Assembly (NCBI GenBank): GCA_913052165.1
Contig: CAJXEC010000004.1
Coordinates: 1-59,261 of the forward strand
Length of the DNA: 59,261 bases
Direction of reading: 5' to 3'
Source of the DNA: an uncultured Rhodospirillaceae bacterium
GTDB lineage: Bacteria > Pseudomonadota > Alphaproteobacteria > MPNO01 > UBA2964
Positions 47,956-57,400 of this stretch are shown here, one piece after another. A program made the position numbers and the translations under genes. The notes under the pieces are model-generated. The model worked only from the letters and a program-made list of their open reading frames with translations, made no database searches and was not told the origin of the DNA. How positions within the stretch are numbered: position 1 is the first letter of the stretch; each line of letters starts with the position of its first letter.

Positions 47956-49017
47956 TCAGGCGGGCTCAAATACATTTAATGGTGCCGTATGTTCTACGCC
48001 AGGCATTTCGATACCCGCGAAATTCTCTCGGAAACCCGGTACAAGTGACCTTCCATTCTCATCAACCACCCATAAACGCATAAGATGCCGTTTTTTTCCT
48101 GGCTCCTCAAAATCTTGAAATGCTGTCCTTGTGTGAACAGTTACATGGCTGTGCAAAACCTGAATATCACCCTTTTGAAAGTGAGTAGGAAAAGAGAATT
48201 TATTGGCCAGTTTCTGGAAATACGGAAAAGCCTCTCTTTGGTTTTTGGTTGCAGGGGGAACTCCAGGAAGATCCAAAGCCTTCAGCAGATGATTTCCTGC
48301 GCCCCGCCCCGAAAAAAAACCATCTTTAAAAGAAAATACGGGCAGTTTGTAAAAAGGATCTTCACCTTCTGAGATTTCACCATGTTTAGTTTGGTAAAAG
48401 TCACCGATCAAAGCTTCTGCAAGCTCAGGCCGCGTTCGGAGCATCTCGTTATAGATGGTTACAGTGCTGGCAATCAGGCTCTCTCCACCCGATTTTGCCG
48501 GCTGAATACACATCAACCAAACATTATCACATTGATCAGAGTGGTAGCTCATCTGTGCTGCAGTCTGATAACCACGAACTTTAGGATCACTATAATCACC
48601 CCCGAAATCTTTGACGTGACCAAGCATATGCCCTTTAGCGTTTTGGGAGACACAACGGCCAAATCGCGTGCCCAATCCACAGAATGCCATGGCAGCAGAC
48701 TGTGGGCCAATGTCTTCAATAGGAAGCCCTCTTACTAGAAAAAAACCGCGCCCGTGAAGTAATTCGTCTCTTAAAATAGATAACCTTTGATCAAATACTG
48801 GTAAAATGAAGTTTTCACGAGTGATATCCAAAACAGTTTTGCCATCTTCCACTAAGGAATCAACTGCCCCGAGAATTTCCAATATTTCAGTATCAGAAAG
48901 TGTATAGATCCAGTCATTAGTCCCGATCATATCCTCTGGGAACCAACCTGCAGGATCAATTACATGCATCATCGGTTCAGAGTGTTCGCGTCCTCGGGGC
49001 GCAGGCTTAAAAGTCAT
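47956..49017 (-). CDS. TauD/TfdA family dioxygenase (clavaminate synthase-like)
   Basis: GRGFFLVRGLP, YHSDQCD, GGES, HTRTAF, RHLMRLW. Confidence 0.88.
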   Translation of the reverse strand: MTFKPAPRGREHSEPMMHVIDPAGWFPEDMIGTNDWIYTLSDTEILEILGAVDSLVEDGKTVLDITRENFILPVFDQRLSILRDELLHGRGFFLVRGLPIEDIGPQSAAMAFCGLGTRFGRCVSQNAKGHMLGHVKDFGGDYSDPKVRGYQTAAQMSYHSDQCDNVWLMCIQPAKSGGESLIASTVTIYNEMLRTRPELAEALIGDFYQTKHGEISEGEDPFYKLPVFSFKDGFFSGRGAGNHLLKALDLPGVPPATKNQREAFPYFQKLANKFSFPTHFQKGDIQVLHSHVTVHTRTAFQDFEEPGKKRHLMRLWVVDENGRSLVPGFRENFAGIEMPGVEHTAPLNVFEPA

Positions 49018-49205
49018 CTTTAACTCCTGTTAAAAAAACGACAATCAAAAAGATTGGTGGGCCTTCTGGGATCAATGCAATCAAGTTGATCAAAAGTTTT
49101 ATAAGTTTTTAATCTCAAAAAAATTTTCGACTTCCCGTAAATTTTCGGGGAGGCCAGCCACAAATCCTGACACCGACCAGCGTTGATCTAAGTTAAAGCG
49201 CTTTC

Positions 49206-50261
49206 TCAAGGTTTGAGGGCCGCTTCGTAATAGTTAAGCCAGCTTTTTATGACGATTTCTTCACTAAAATTTTTTTGATATCTTTCTCTGCCATTCTTCA
49301 CCAGTGCGTCGATTAACGGACGGTTATTACTCACCAGTTGTATCTTTTTTATGAGATCGGTAGTTTTTTCGCTTTCAAATAATACTCCAGTTTCCATATC
49401 AGCTATCAAAGATAGTGGTCCTACCGTATCACTGGCAACCACAGGTATTCCGTTAGACCAAGCTTCGATTATCACATTACCAAGGGGCTCTACTCGCGAA
49501 GGCACTAACCATATATCTGCCGCCCTCGCAAAATGGGAGACGTTATCCGCCCAGGGAAAAATATGAACCCTCTCGTCTAGATCGAGAGACTGGATTTGGT
49601 TGACCAACGCCGCTTTTTTAGCGCCATCACCAACTAGCAGAAAATGGGTATCTTTTGGAAGATGTTCCAGAGCTGACAGCACCAGATCATATCCCTTGTT
49701 TTCGTGGAATCTGCCTGCACAAAAAAGAACTGTCGTCTCTATTGGAATACCGAGTTCTACTCGCAATTCATTTTTGCTCAGTATTTTACCCGGGGGCGGA
49801 GGGTCTACGAAATTCGGAAGATAAGCCACTTTGTGACTCGGCCATCCGTCTCTTTTTATATATTCGCAAATATCCTCTGTATTACCAATCAGCGCGGTTG
49901 CTCCGCGATAATACTTCAATTTGTAGTACCCCCCTAATCTACAGACCCAAGGGATATCAGCTCGAGAAGGAAAATGCTTGCTCGCTCGGCTCATCCAGGT
50001 TTGAGCCATATTGTACTTCCCCTCCCCGACAAGCTTGAGCAGGGCTACACGCGTTCCAAAATCAAAGAGACCTCCAAAACGCATCTCCTCATGCTGTATA
50101 TCCAAGGATGAGAGTTGTTCAGAGATCCAAGATCCCCTTTTTACGACCGCAGTGACTTCGCAGCGGGCTCTCAAAGCTCTCACAAAGCGTACAAAATATG
50201 CTTCCGCGCCACCGGGATTGCTGGAACCAATTATTTGAAGTATTTTTAAATTTCGGGTCAC
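49206..50261 (-). CDS. Glycosyltransferase family 4
   Basis: GGAE, GRFHENKG, SRVEPLGNVIIEAW. Confidence 0.9.
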   Translation of the reverse strand: MTRNLKILQIIGSSNPGGAEAYFVRFVRALRARCEVTAVVKRGSWISEQLSSLDIQHEEMRFGGLFDFGTRVALLKLVGEGKYNMAQTWMSRASKHFPSRADIPWVCRLGGYYKLKYYRGATALIGNTEDICEYIKRDGWPSHKVAYLPNFVDPPPPGKILSKNELRVELGIPIETTVLFCAGRFHENKGYDLVLSALEHLPKDTHFLLVGDGAKKAALVNQIQSLDLDERVHIFPWADNVSHFARAADIWLVPSRVEPLGNVIIEAWSNGIPVVASDTVGPLSLIADMETGVLFESEKTTDLIKKIQLVSNNRPLIDALVKNGRERYQKNFSEEIVIKSWLNYYEAALKP

Positions 50262-50338
50262 AGGAAGGGAACTTTTCTCACCTAAACTAACCTGTCTTGG
50301 GTTTCACCCAGATCCTACTTGCCTCATAACTAAGTCGT

Positions 50339-50425
50339 TGGTGCCCCCAGGGAGACTCGAACTCCCACATCGTTACCGATAACAGATTTTGAGTCTGCCG
50401 CGTCTACCAGTTCCGCCACAGGGGC
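50339..50425 (-). tRNA. tRNA-Leu(CAA), CCA encoded
   Basis: GCCCCTGTGGCGGAACTGGTAGACGCGGCAGACTCAAAATCTGT-long variable arm-GGGAGTTCGAGTCTCCCTGGGGGCACCA. Confidence 0.96.
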
Positions 50426-50581
50426 CCTTTAATCAACAGAGATGTGGATAATACATTGGATCAGCTCCCGGTCAATGAATGGTATATTGGTATTCAAAAT
50501 TCAAATTTACTTCTGTTTGTCTTGACTCTTTTCCACTGCTAACAAAAACAAGGTAAATCTTGTGCACACCGAGAGGTTAAA

Positions 50582-51163
50582 ATGCTTCAGAGCCTTTACG
50601 GTAAAATCATAAAGATATCCGGAAGACCATACGCCATATGGGCCTTAGCTGGCATTTCATTTTTAGAGAGCTCCATTTTTCCAATACCACCAGACGTATT
50701 GCTAATCCCAATGATACTGGCGGCGCCAACCCGTTGGTTCAAGATCGCGTTCATTTGCACGATTTCCTCGGTATTAGGGGGCCTTGCAGGTTACGCGATT
50801 GGCTTTTTAGCATTTGAAAGGATAGGTATGCCCCTGCTGCAGCTATATGCTTACGAAAACCAATTTTCCGAATTTAGGGGTAAATACGCAGAATATGGCC
50901 AATGGATTGTGTTTTTTGGCGGAACCACAATGTTCCCATTTAAGCTTGTGACAATTGCTTCAGGCGTTTTTGAACTCAACTTAACCAATTTTACGGTGAC
51001 ATCAATTGTCGCACGAGGCATAAGATTCTTCACTGTCGCCCTACTCCTCTGGTGGTTGGGACCTCCCATTAGAAGTTTTATAGAGAGACGCCTGGGGCTG
51101 ATAACTATACTATTTTTCGCGTTGCTTGTCGGTGGGTTTATGCTTGTTAAATACGCCTTTTAA
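50582..51163 (+). CDS. YqaA/DedA (VTT) family membrane protein
   Basis: SFLESSIFPIPPDVLLIPM, PFKLVTIASG, RGIRFF. Confidence 0.88.
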   Translation: MLQSLYGKIIKISGRPYAIWALAGISFLESSIFPIPPDVLLIPMILAAPTRWFKIAFICTISSVLGGLAGYAIGFLAFERIGMPLLQLYAYENQFSEFRGKYAEYGQWIVFFGGTTMFPFKLVTIASGVFELNLTNFTVTSIVARGIRFFTVALLLWWLGPPIRSFIERRLGLITILFFALLVGGFMLVKYAF

Positions 51164-51216
51164 AATAAAGGTACTTTGAATTTTTCCTAAAATGCCTAAC
51201 TAATAAGCACAGGGCT

Positions 51217-51723
51217 ATGTGGTATCAGATACAAAATTTTAGATCCGACAATAGGCTTATATGCGGAGTGCTCACTGTTACGTCGGCCTTGCTATTAGCA
51301 GGGGCGCTCTTAGGCCAGTATGTAGGTGGTTTGGAACCATGCTCACTTTGCGTAATCCAGCGTTATCCGCACATCGCTGTCATTATCTTTGGCTGGCTGG
51401 GATACAAGATGGATCTCTTGGATAACCAACGGAAAAGACTACTCTGGATGATCGGACTCTGCTTATTTAGCACCTCCGGAATAGGCTTTTGGCACGCCGG
51501 CATTGAATACGGGCTTTACAGTGGGCCCCCTAGCTGTACGGGGCCCATAGGCGGCAGTTCTCTAGAAACATTACGCTCACAATTGCTGAATGCTGAGATC
51601 GTGAGATGTGATTTAATACCTTGGTCACTGTTTGGACTGTCACTAGCAGTATATAATGGAGTTATCTCATTTACGGCCGGCGTTCTCGCTTTTTATACAG
51701 CCCAAAGAAATGGCAAACTATGA
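51217..51723 (+). CDS. dsbB: Disulfide bond formation protein B
   Basis: PCSLCVIQRYP, HAGIE, second Cys pair SC...RCD. Confidence 0.88.
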   Translation: MWYQIQNFRSDNRLICGVLTVTSALLLAGALLGQYVGGLEPCSLCVIQRYPHIAVIIFGWLGYKMDLLDNQRKRLLWMIGLCLFSTSGIGFWHAGIEYGLYSGPPSCTGPIGGSSLETLRSQLLNAEIVRCDLIPWSLFGLSLAVYNGVISFTAGVLAFYTAQRNGKL

Positions 51724-52292
51724 CCCAAAGAAAAAAACCTAACCAAACGCTTGTCCAACATTTTCTTCCAGGAGATCCAGAGCCAAAGGTCCAAGTGGAA
51801 CGTATGATACGCGTCAATCATGCAGGAGAATATGGCGCCGTTCGGATCTATGAAGGCCAATTAGCCGTCCTCAAGGGCACTCCCTCCGAAGAACCAATAA
51901 GAGAGATGGCGAAGCATGAAGAACGGCATCTTGATGGGTTTAATCAATTAATCGCAGAGAGAAGGGTGCGTCCGACCGCATTATCACCTCTCTGGCACAT
52001 AGCTGGTTTTGCATTGGGCGCTGGATCTGCTCTCCTAGGGCCCAAAGCCGCAATGGCATGCACGGAAGCTATTGAGGAAGTTATTGATGAACATTATAGC
52101 GCCCAAAGAGAAAAATTAGGGGATGACGAGTCAGAGCTTAGAGAAATTATAGAAGATTATCGGCAAGATGAGGTGGCGCATAGAGATTTGGCACGAGAAA
52201 AGGGAGCTACAGATGCGCCGGGCTACGAGCTGCTGAAAACTACTATTAAAAATTCCTCCCGTCTTGCAATATGGCTAAGCACAAGAATTTAG
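51720..52292 (+). CDS. coq7: Demethoxyubiquinone hydroxylase
   Basis: MIRVNHAGEYGAVRIYEGQ, EERH, IEEVIDEHY, DEVAH di-iron motifs. Confidence 0.92.
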   Translation: MTQRKKPNQTLVQHFLPGDPEPKVQVERMIRVNHAGEYGAVRIYEGQLAVLKGTPSEEPIREMAKHEERHLDGFNQLIAERRVRPTALSPLWHIAGFALGAGSALLGPKAAMACTEAIEEVIDEHYSAQREKLGDDESELREIIEDYRQDEVAHRDLAREKGATDAPGYELLKTTIKNSSRLAIWLSTRI

Positions 52293-52445
52293 AGGGTTTT
52301 ATCGAGTTACTCCTTGCGGTTAAAAAACCAGGGTCTCCAATTCGGACACGATTATTTCTTGGTTTTTCACTGTAACTGCGGGCTAATATTCTCCAAGACC
52401 ACTATATGGTCTCCCTGGTTCAGCGAGTTTTTATTCTCACGTATC

Positions 52446-53006
52446 TTAAATTGCCTCTAACTCACTATCCCAATAAAGATAGTCTCTCCAACTTTCATGC
52501 AAGTAATTGGGCGGAAACAATCGACCATTTTCTTGAAGTTGCCATACTGTTGGGCGGGACGGAGGCTGTCGAGGAAACATATTAGCGTCGCGAGGAATCA
52601 GATTCGCTTTCTTTAAATTACAAGATGAGCAAGCTGTAACAACGTTATCCCAGCTCGTTTTCCCACCCCGACATTTAGGCAATACATGATCGAAGGTTAA
52701 ATCTGGCGAGAGAAAGCTCTCGCCGCAATACTGACAAGCGAATCTGTCTCTCAAAAAAACGTTGAAACGAGTGAATGCAGGATGTCGAGCCTGAGGGATG
52801 TATTCTTTCAACGCGACAACGCTCGGCAATTTGATCGAAAAACTCGGAGAGGACACTTCTCTGTCATAACGATCCACAACGTTTACCCTATCCATAAACA
52901 CTGCTTTTATTGCGTTTTGCCATGACCACAACGACAACGGAAAGTAATTCAGCGGCCGATAATCTGCGTTTAATACTAGTGCTGGAGAGTCTATAATCGG
53001 CAACAC
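52446..53006 (-). CDS. HNH endonuclease (McrA/COG1403-like)
   Basis: ALVLNADYRPL, FLRDRFACQYCG, DHVLP, NVVTACSSCNLKK. Confidence 0.9.
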   Translation of the reverse strand: MLPIIDSPALVLNADYRPLNYFPLSLWSWQNAIKAVFMDRVNVVDRYDREVSSPSFSIKLPSVVALKEYIPQARHPAFTRFNVFLRDRFACQYCGESFLSPDLTFDHVLPKCRGGKTSWDNVVTACSSCNLKKANLIPRDANMFPRQPPSRPTVWQLQENGRLFPPNYLHESWRDYLYWDSELEAI

Positions 53007-53008
53007 AC

Positions 53009-53041
53009 TATCTTGTCTTTATCTTGTCTTTATCTCGTTTT
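53009..53041. repeat. 11-bp tandem repeat (2 exact copies + 1 degenerate)
   Basis: TATCTTGTCTT TATCTTGTCTT TATCTCGTTTT immediately upstream of the HNH start codon. Confidence 0.85.
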
Positions 53042-53246
53042 AGGTCCCCACATAATGTGTTAGATTTTGGAACCTTTGGCAAGACTATCTGATAGAAAAG
53101 CGCAATACGATTTGGTTTGGCATCGCATTATTGTGCACATTTTAGAGATATTTTAAAAATTGACTCCCTATTTTGATACGATCGTTCTGCGAAAAGCCTG
53201 CATATGAATAAATGGGGCTGCGCGGAAGTGAACGAATTTCAGACAT

Positions 53247-53274
53247 TTGACATAAGTCGCGCTCGGAAGATACT
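53247..53274 (+). promoter_or_regulatory. Putative sigma70 promoter
   Basis: TTGACA-16 bp-GATACT upstream of the tauD-like gene. Confidence 0.4.
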
Positions 53275-53300
53275 TATTCGGCCTTAAGAAGGATTTGATT

Positions 53301-54182
53301 ATGAGAATTAGCCCGCTCTCAGATGTACTAGGCGCCGAGATAACCGACCTAGATCTAACTCGACCAATAAAAAAACCCGATGAAAATTTGATCAAACAGG
53401 CTTTATTGGATCATCACGTCATCGTTATCAGGGACCAAAGGCTTACGCCAGTGGAACAAGTCCAATTCTCCAACCGATTTGGCACTTTAGAAGTACCGGC
53501 AAATATTCAACATACAACTCAAGAGAGCGAACATGTGATGATCCTCTCTAACGAAATCCGACCGGATGGTACCGCAGTGGGAGTAGTCGACGGTGGCGAC
53601 TTTTGGCACTCGGACTCCTCGCACATCAGGGTTCCCTCTAAAATTACAATTCTCCAATCTGTGAAAAATCCTGTTCGTGGAGGTGATACAGAGTTCTGTA
53701 ACATGCAGGCGGTCTATAGAGCTCTTCCAGATGAACTAAAACAACAGATCGATGGGAAGTATGGCATTCACCATGTTAGCAAAGTTCGTAACAAGCGTGT
53801 GACCATATCTCCAGATCGCCCGGGCGCGAAGGAGTTCTATCAAAAACAAAGTAATGAGCGGCCAGAAGTTATACAGCCATTGGTGCTAAAACACCCTGAA
53901 ACGGGACGTAAGGCCCTATATTGCTCGCCTCGATTTACTGTTGGTATTGTGGGTATGAAGGATGATGAAGCAGATCCTATTCTTGACCAGCTATTTTCTT
54001 ACATCACTGATAAGAAACGACCCTACCATTATCGCCACAAATACAAAAATAATGACTTAGTGCTATGGGATAACAGGAGCCTTTGCCATCGGGCGGTCGG
54101 TGGGTATGGGCTTCCTGATATTCGCCGTATGCATCGGACTGTGATCGGCGGCGACGCCCCCTACAGCTCTGCCGCCGCATAG
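53301..54182 (+). CDS. TauD/TfdA family dioxygenase
   Basis: LGAEITDLDL, WHSDSS, GGDTEF, HPETGRKALY, WDNRSLCHRA. Confidence 0.92.
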   Translation: MRISPLSDVLGAEITDLDLTRPIKKPDENLIKQALLDHHVIVIRDQRLTPVEQVQFSNRFGTLEVPANIQHTTQESEHVMILSNEIRPDGTAVGVVDGGDFWHSDSSHIRVPSKITILQSVKNPVRGGDTEFCNMQAVYRALPDELKQQIDGKYGIHHVSKVRNKRVTISPDRPGAKEFYQKQSNERPEVIQPLVLKHPETGRKALYCSPRFTVGIVGMKDDEADPILDQLFSYITDKKRPYHYRHKYKNNDLVLWDNRSLCHRAVGGYGLPDIRRMHRTVIGGDAPYSSAAA

Positions 54183-54382
54183 CGTTGGCGGTAATCTGCA
54201 CATTGCTGTTTATGCTAATAAAGTCATTTACAATCCTTACACTCAAAAGACCTTTTACAAAGTTAAAATACGCTTGGCAGCCAGGATAGTTTTAAATCTC
54301 CACGACTCAATCAATCCCTGTTGTTCACAATAATTACCCATCCTAGCGTAAAAGGGATAAGGGTTGTTTCGAGGAGGGATCA

Positions 54383-55617
54383 ATGACTGCAAAAGTGGAC
54401 CGGCGCATGAAGCGCTGGCAGGAACAAAGGTGGATTTTGGATGCCGTTATCAGGACTGTCGGTGTGGATTGGGACCAGGGACGCATCCGATTATGAGCGC
54501 TCCGGTAGCACCCGCTGGTGTGCCAGAATTTCGAGCTGCCGGCGATCGAGTTAAGAAAGTCAGCGATTTTGCCAGAGAATTCAACACTGCGGCAAAAAAG
54601 AGAGAAGCTAAAGCCCTCGCTTTTGAACAAGCAGGGCGCACCATAGCGGCAAGAGAGAGTTACCTCACCGCCTCGCTCTTATGGGCTACCGCCCGATGGC
54701 CGATCTTTGAGGTCGACAAGGAACTAATCGAGCAAGAAGAGCGGATGAACCATTTCTATAAAAAGTACATCGAGTACGCAAACAGACCCATAGAAATAGT
54801 CAGGATCCCTCTCGAGGGAGAGGAGTAACACGCATATTTGCATTTACCTCGTGAGCCCGAGGCAGGGGAGACTTTCCCCTGCATCATAAATATTCCTGGA
54901 ATGGATAGCTGCAAAGAGAGTCGTGTCTCGATGTATGGAGATGCCTACCTTGAGCGCGGGATAGCTGTTTTATCGATAGATGGTCCAGGCCAAGCGGAGA
55001 GCGTCACCGTTAGAATATACCTTACCGAAAATAATCACATGGATGCAGCAGAAGTGGTCATTGACTGGCTAGAACATCACCCGTTAACAGACTCTCAAAA
55101 AATTGTAGTCCGGGGTTCTAGGTTCGGAACGTACTGGGGTCTGCAATGGGCGGCAGCGTTGGGCAATAGAATAAAAGGTGTCGGGGTTTCAGGGGTTTGC
55201 CATGAACCTGGGTGTAACACCATTTTTAACATGGCATCGCCAAGTTTCAAACTAAGGTATATGTGGATGGCAAATTATGAAGACGAAGCTCAATTTGATG
55301 AATTTGCTAAAAAAATTGACCTTCGACCGTATCTTGGAGAACTAAAATGTCCTGTCCTCATTATGGCTGGTGAGCAGGACCAACTGAGCCCAATTGAGTT
55401 TTCTTATGAAGTTTTTGATCTGATCAAATCCCCCAAAGAAATATGTGTTTATGAAGGGGCGAACCATTCGGTGGCAGACGCCCCTTCCGTAGCAAACGGA
55501 GAGAACCCTCGTACATACTTAGCTGACTGGCTGGCAGAACGCCTTACTGGTACTGAGGTTAAAAGCGTCAAGAGCTTTATAGACTCTACAGGTCGGCGAG
55601 TCGAAAAAGCGGCATAG
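54383..55617 (+). pseudogene. Disrupted alpha/beta-hydrolase (FrsA/DUF1100, 2,6-dihydroxypseudooxynicotine hydrolase-like)
   Basis: GAGGAGG SD + ATG 54383 (MTAKVDRRMKRWQEQRW...DWDQGRIR); frameshift near 54491; in-frame TAA 54826-54828; IPGMDSCKE and IDGPGQ retained; nucleophile elbow reads GSRFG. Confidence 0.82.
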
Positions 55618-55621
55618 AAAC

Positions 55622-56023
55622 TCAGTTTTGATTACCTGAATAAGCGTACATATCCACAAGCTCTAGTACATTACCATCTGGGTCAGGGAAATATATGCTT
55701 CGGCCCGTAACAACAGCTTTCTCCTTTCTCTCATCAACCAGAATAATCTCTACACCTTTATCCTCTAAAAATTGCAATGAGCTATCAAATTTTTCCGGAT
55801 CGATGTGAAACGCATGATGGGAGTCACGCTGCATTACCGGCGCGATAGTTGTGTCTGTTTTCATCAAAACAACGCAATCTCCGCCCGTATCTAAAAACAC
55901 CATCCCTCTCTCATGATTTGCGTTAAGCAATCGAAACCCGAGTATCTCGGTATAAAACTCTGTGCTCCGACGACTATCTGTAACGGGTATTGTAAAATGG
56001 CACACACCCTTTGTTTCAATCAT
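55622..56023 (-). CDS. VOC / glyoxalase family protein
   Basis: HFTIPVTD..RS.EFY..ILGF, HHAF, YFPDPDGNVLE. Confidence 0.9.
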   Translation of the reverse strand: MIETKGVCHFTIPVTDSRRSTEFYTEILGFRLLNANHERGMVFLDTGGDCVVLMKTDTTIAPVMQRDSHHAFHIDPEKFDSSLQFLEDKGVEIILVDERKEKAVVTGRSIYFPDPDGNVLELVDMYAYSGNQN

Positions 56024-56084
56024 CAGTGCCCTCCAAATCTGGCTTTTAACCTCTCACAACATAGCAACAAATGACTATCAAGGG

Positions 56085-56753
56085 TCAGCCAGCTAAGCAA
56101 CGGCTTATAAAAGCAGCTCCCAATTTCAGTCCCTCTGGATCAATACCATGGCCAAGACCAGGCCGTCGAAAGGAGCTAATGTCTACCTGATTAGCCCTCA
56201 GCTCTGTCTCCGCAGCGTCCATCATCTCGACAGGAAGTAGGGGGTCTTCCTCACCATGGATTAATATAACCGGAGGACGGGATCTTATTTCTTTTTCCAG
56301 CAATTCTGGTGCCTCTAATCTGCCTGAGTACCCAACTATTGCACCGCACGGGTTTTCTAAGCGCAGCCCTAAATGCAATGAAAGCATTGTCCCTTGAGAA
56401 AATCCGAGAAATACCATTCTCGAAAGATCAAGATCTCGTTTTTCAAGCTCAGCGGTAATATAAGCCTCTACGATTTCAGCCGCGTAGCGAACTGCTTTAA
56501 TCCTATCCTTTCCCTCTTTCTGCCAAACGTCGAACCACTGAAAACCGCCGTAAGAATTACCCTCGCAGGGAAATGGAGCATTAGGCGACAGAAATACCGT
56601 GTCCGGTAATGCTTGCGAAAGAGGCGGTGCGAGCCCGATAAGATCTTCACCATTCGCACCATAACCATGCAACAATAGGACAATAGAGCTCGCAGGCTGT
56701 TTAGAGGCCGGTTCAAACACCGGACCAGACAATTTAGGCAAATCATCAATCAT
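56085..56753 (-). CDS. Phospholipase/carboxylesterase family alpha/beta hydrolase
   Basis: LHGYGANG, GFSQG, HGEED, GHGI. Confidence 0.9.
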   Translation of the reverse strand: MIDDLPKLSGPVFEPASKQPASSIVLLLHGYGANGEDLIGLAPPLSQALPDTVFLSPNAPFPCEGNSYGGFQWFDVWQKEGKDRIKAVRYAAEIVEAYITAELEKRDLDLSRMVFLGFSQGTMLSLHLGLRLENPCGAIVGYSGRLEAPELLEKEIRSRPPVILIHGEEDPLLPVEMMDAAETELRANQVDISSFRRPGLGHGIDPEGLKLGAAFISRCLAG

Positions 56754-57400
56754 TTAGGTTTTCCTCCCCCTCGACGCTTGGGTTTAGATAAATAGTTATG
56801 CCAGAGAATTCTTGCAGCAACTGATCTCCAAGGTCGCCAGCCATCCCCCAGCTCCTCTAAAAGCTCAGCACTAGGTCTTTCATCCAAACCAAACACCTCT
56901 TGAGCGGAGACAACAAGTGCTAAATCTCCAATAGGCCAAATGTCGGGTCGCCGAAGGGCCTCCAGCATGTAAATATCCGCTGTCCATCCTCCTATGCCTT
57001 TTATTTTAGTTAGACACTCACGCACTGAGGCATCATCGAGGGATTGTAGTTTGTCCAGCTTCAGGACACGGTTCAGGACCGCCTTAGCTAAAGTCCTACC
57101 ATATTGAATTTTTTGTCGAGAGAGGCCCGTATCCCTTAGCTGTTGATCTGACAACGTTAAAAAGGCCTCAGGGGATGGCTCCCTGCCAAGCCTCGTGACC
57201 AATTTATTCCAAGCAGCTCTAGCGGACGCCAAAGACACCTGTTGTTCTAATATTAAATAGAGCAAGGTCCTGAAACCTGGCGGTCGATACCAATGCGGGG
57301 GTGGACCTATGCGTGTAACCAAAAGGCGCAGCTTTGCATCCCTTTGACAGAGCTCTGCCACACAGAGATCCAGCTGCTTTTTTGTAATAAGCTTCCTCAA
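56750..57400 (-). CDS. alkA: DNA-3-methyladenine glycosylase II
   Basis: ILEQQVSLASA, GLSRQK, HhH IKGIGGWTAD, GDLAL, WRPWRS. Confidence 0.88.
   Translation of the reverse strand: MRKLITKKQLDLCVAELCQRDAKLRLLVTRIGPPPHWYRPPGFRTLLYLILEQQVSLASARAAWNKLVTRLGREPSPEAFLTLSDQQLRDTGLSRQKIQYGRTLAKAVLNRVLKLDKLQSLDDASVRECLTKIKGIGGWTADIYMLEALRRPDIWPIGDLALVVSAQEVFGLDERPSAELLEELGDGWRPWRSVAARILWHNYLSKPKRRGGGKPK

Noticed and set aside
23089-50425. Genomic island integrated at tRNA-Leu
   Set aside because: No integrase or transposase and no convincing repeat of the tRNA 3' end (only a weak TGGTACTCCAG near 23103); no compositional break apparent by eye.
52396-52412. NrdR-like palindrome AGACCACTATATGGTCT
   Set aside because: A single copy between convergent gene ends with no promoter to control; may be a hairpin or chance.
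52446-53006. Mobile homing endonuclease or defence system
   Set aside because: Standalone conserved-type HNH with no intron, methylase or mobile context.
54826-54828. Programmed readthrough or recoding in the hydrolase gene
   Set aside because: The stop is TAA (not TGA/TAG), no slippery sequence at the frameshift, and the nucleophile is also lost; decay is simpler.
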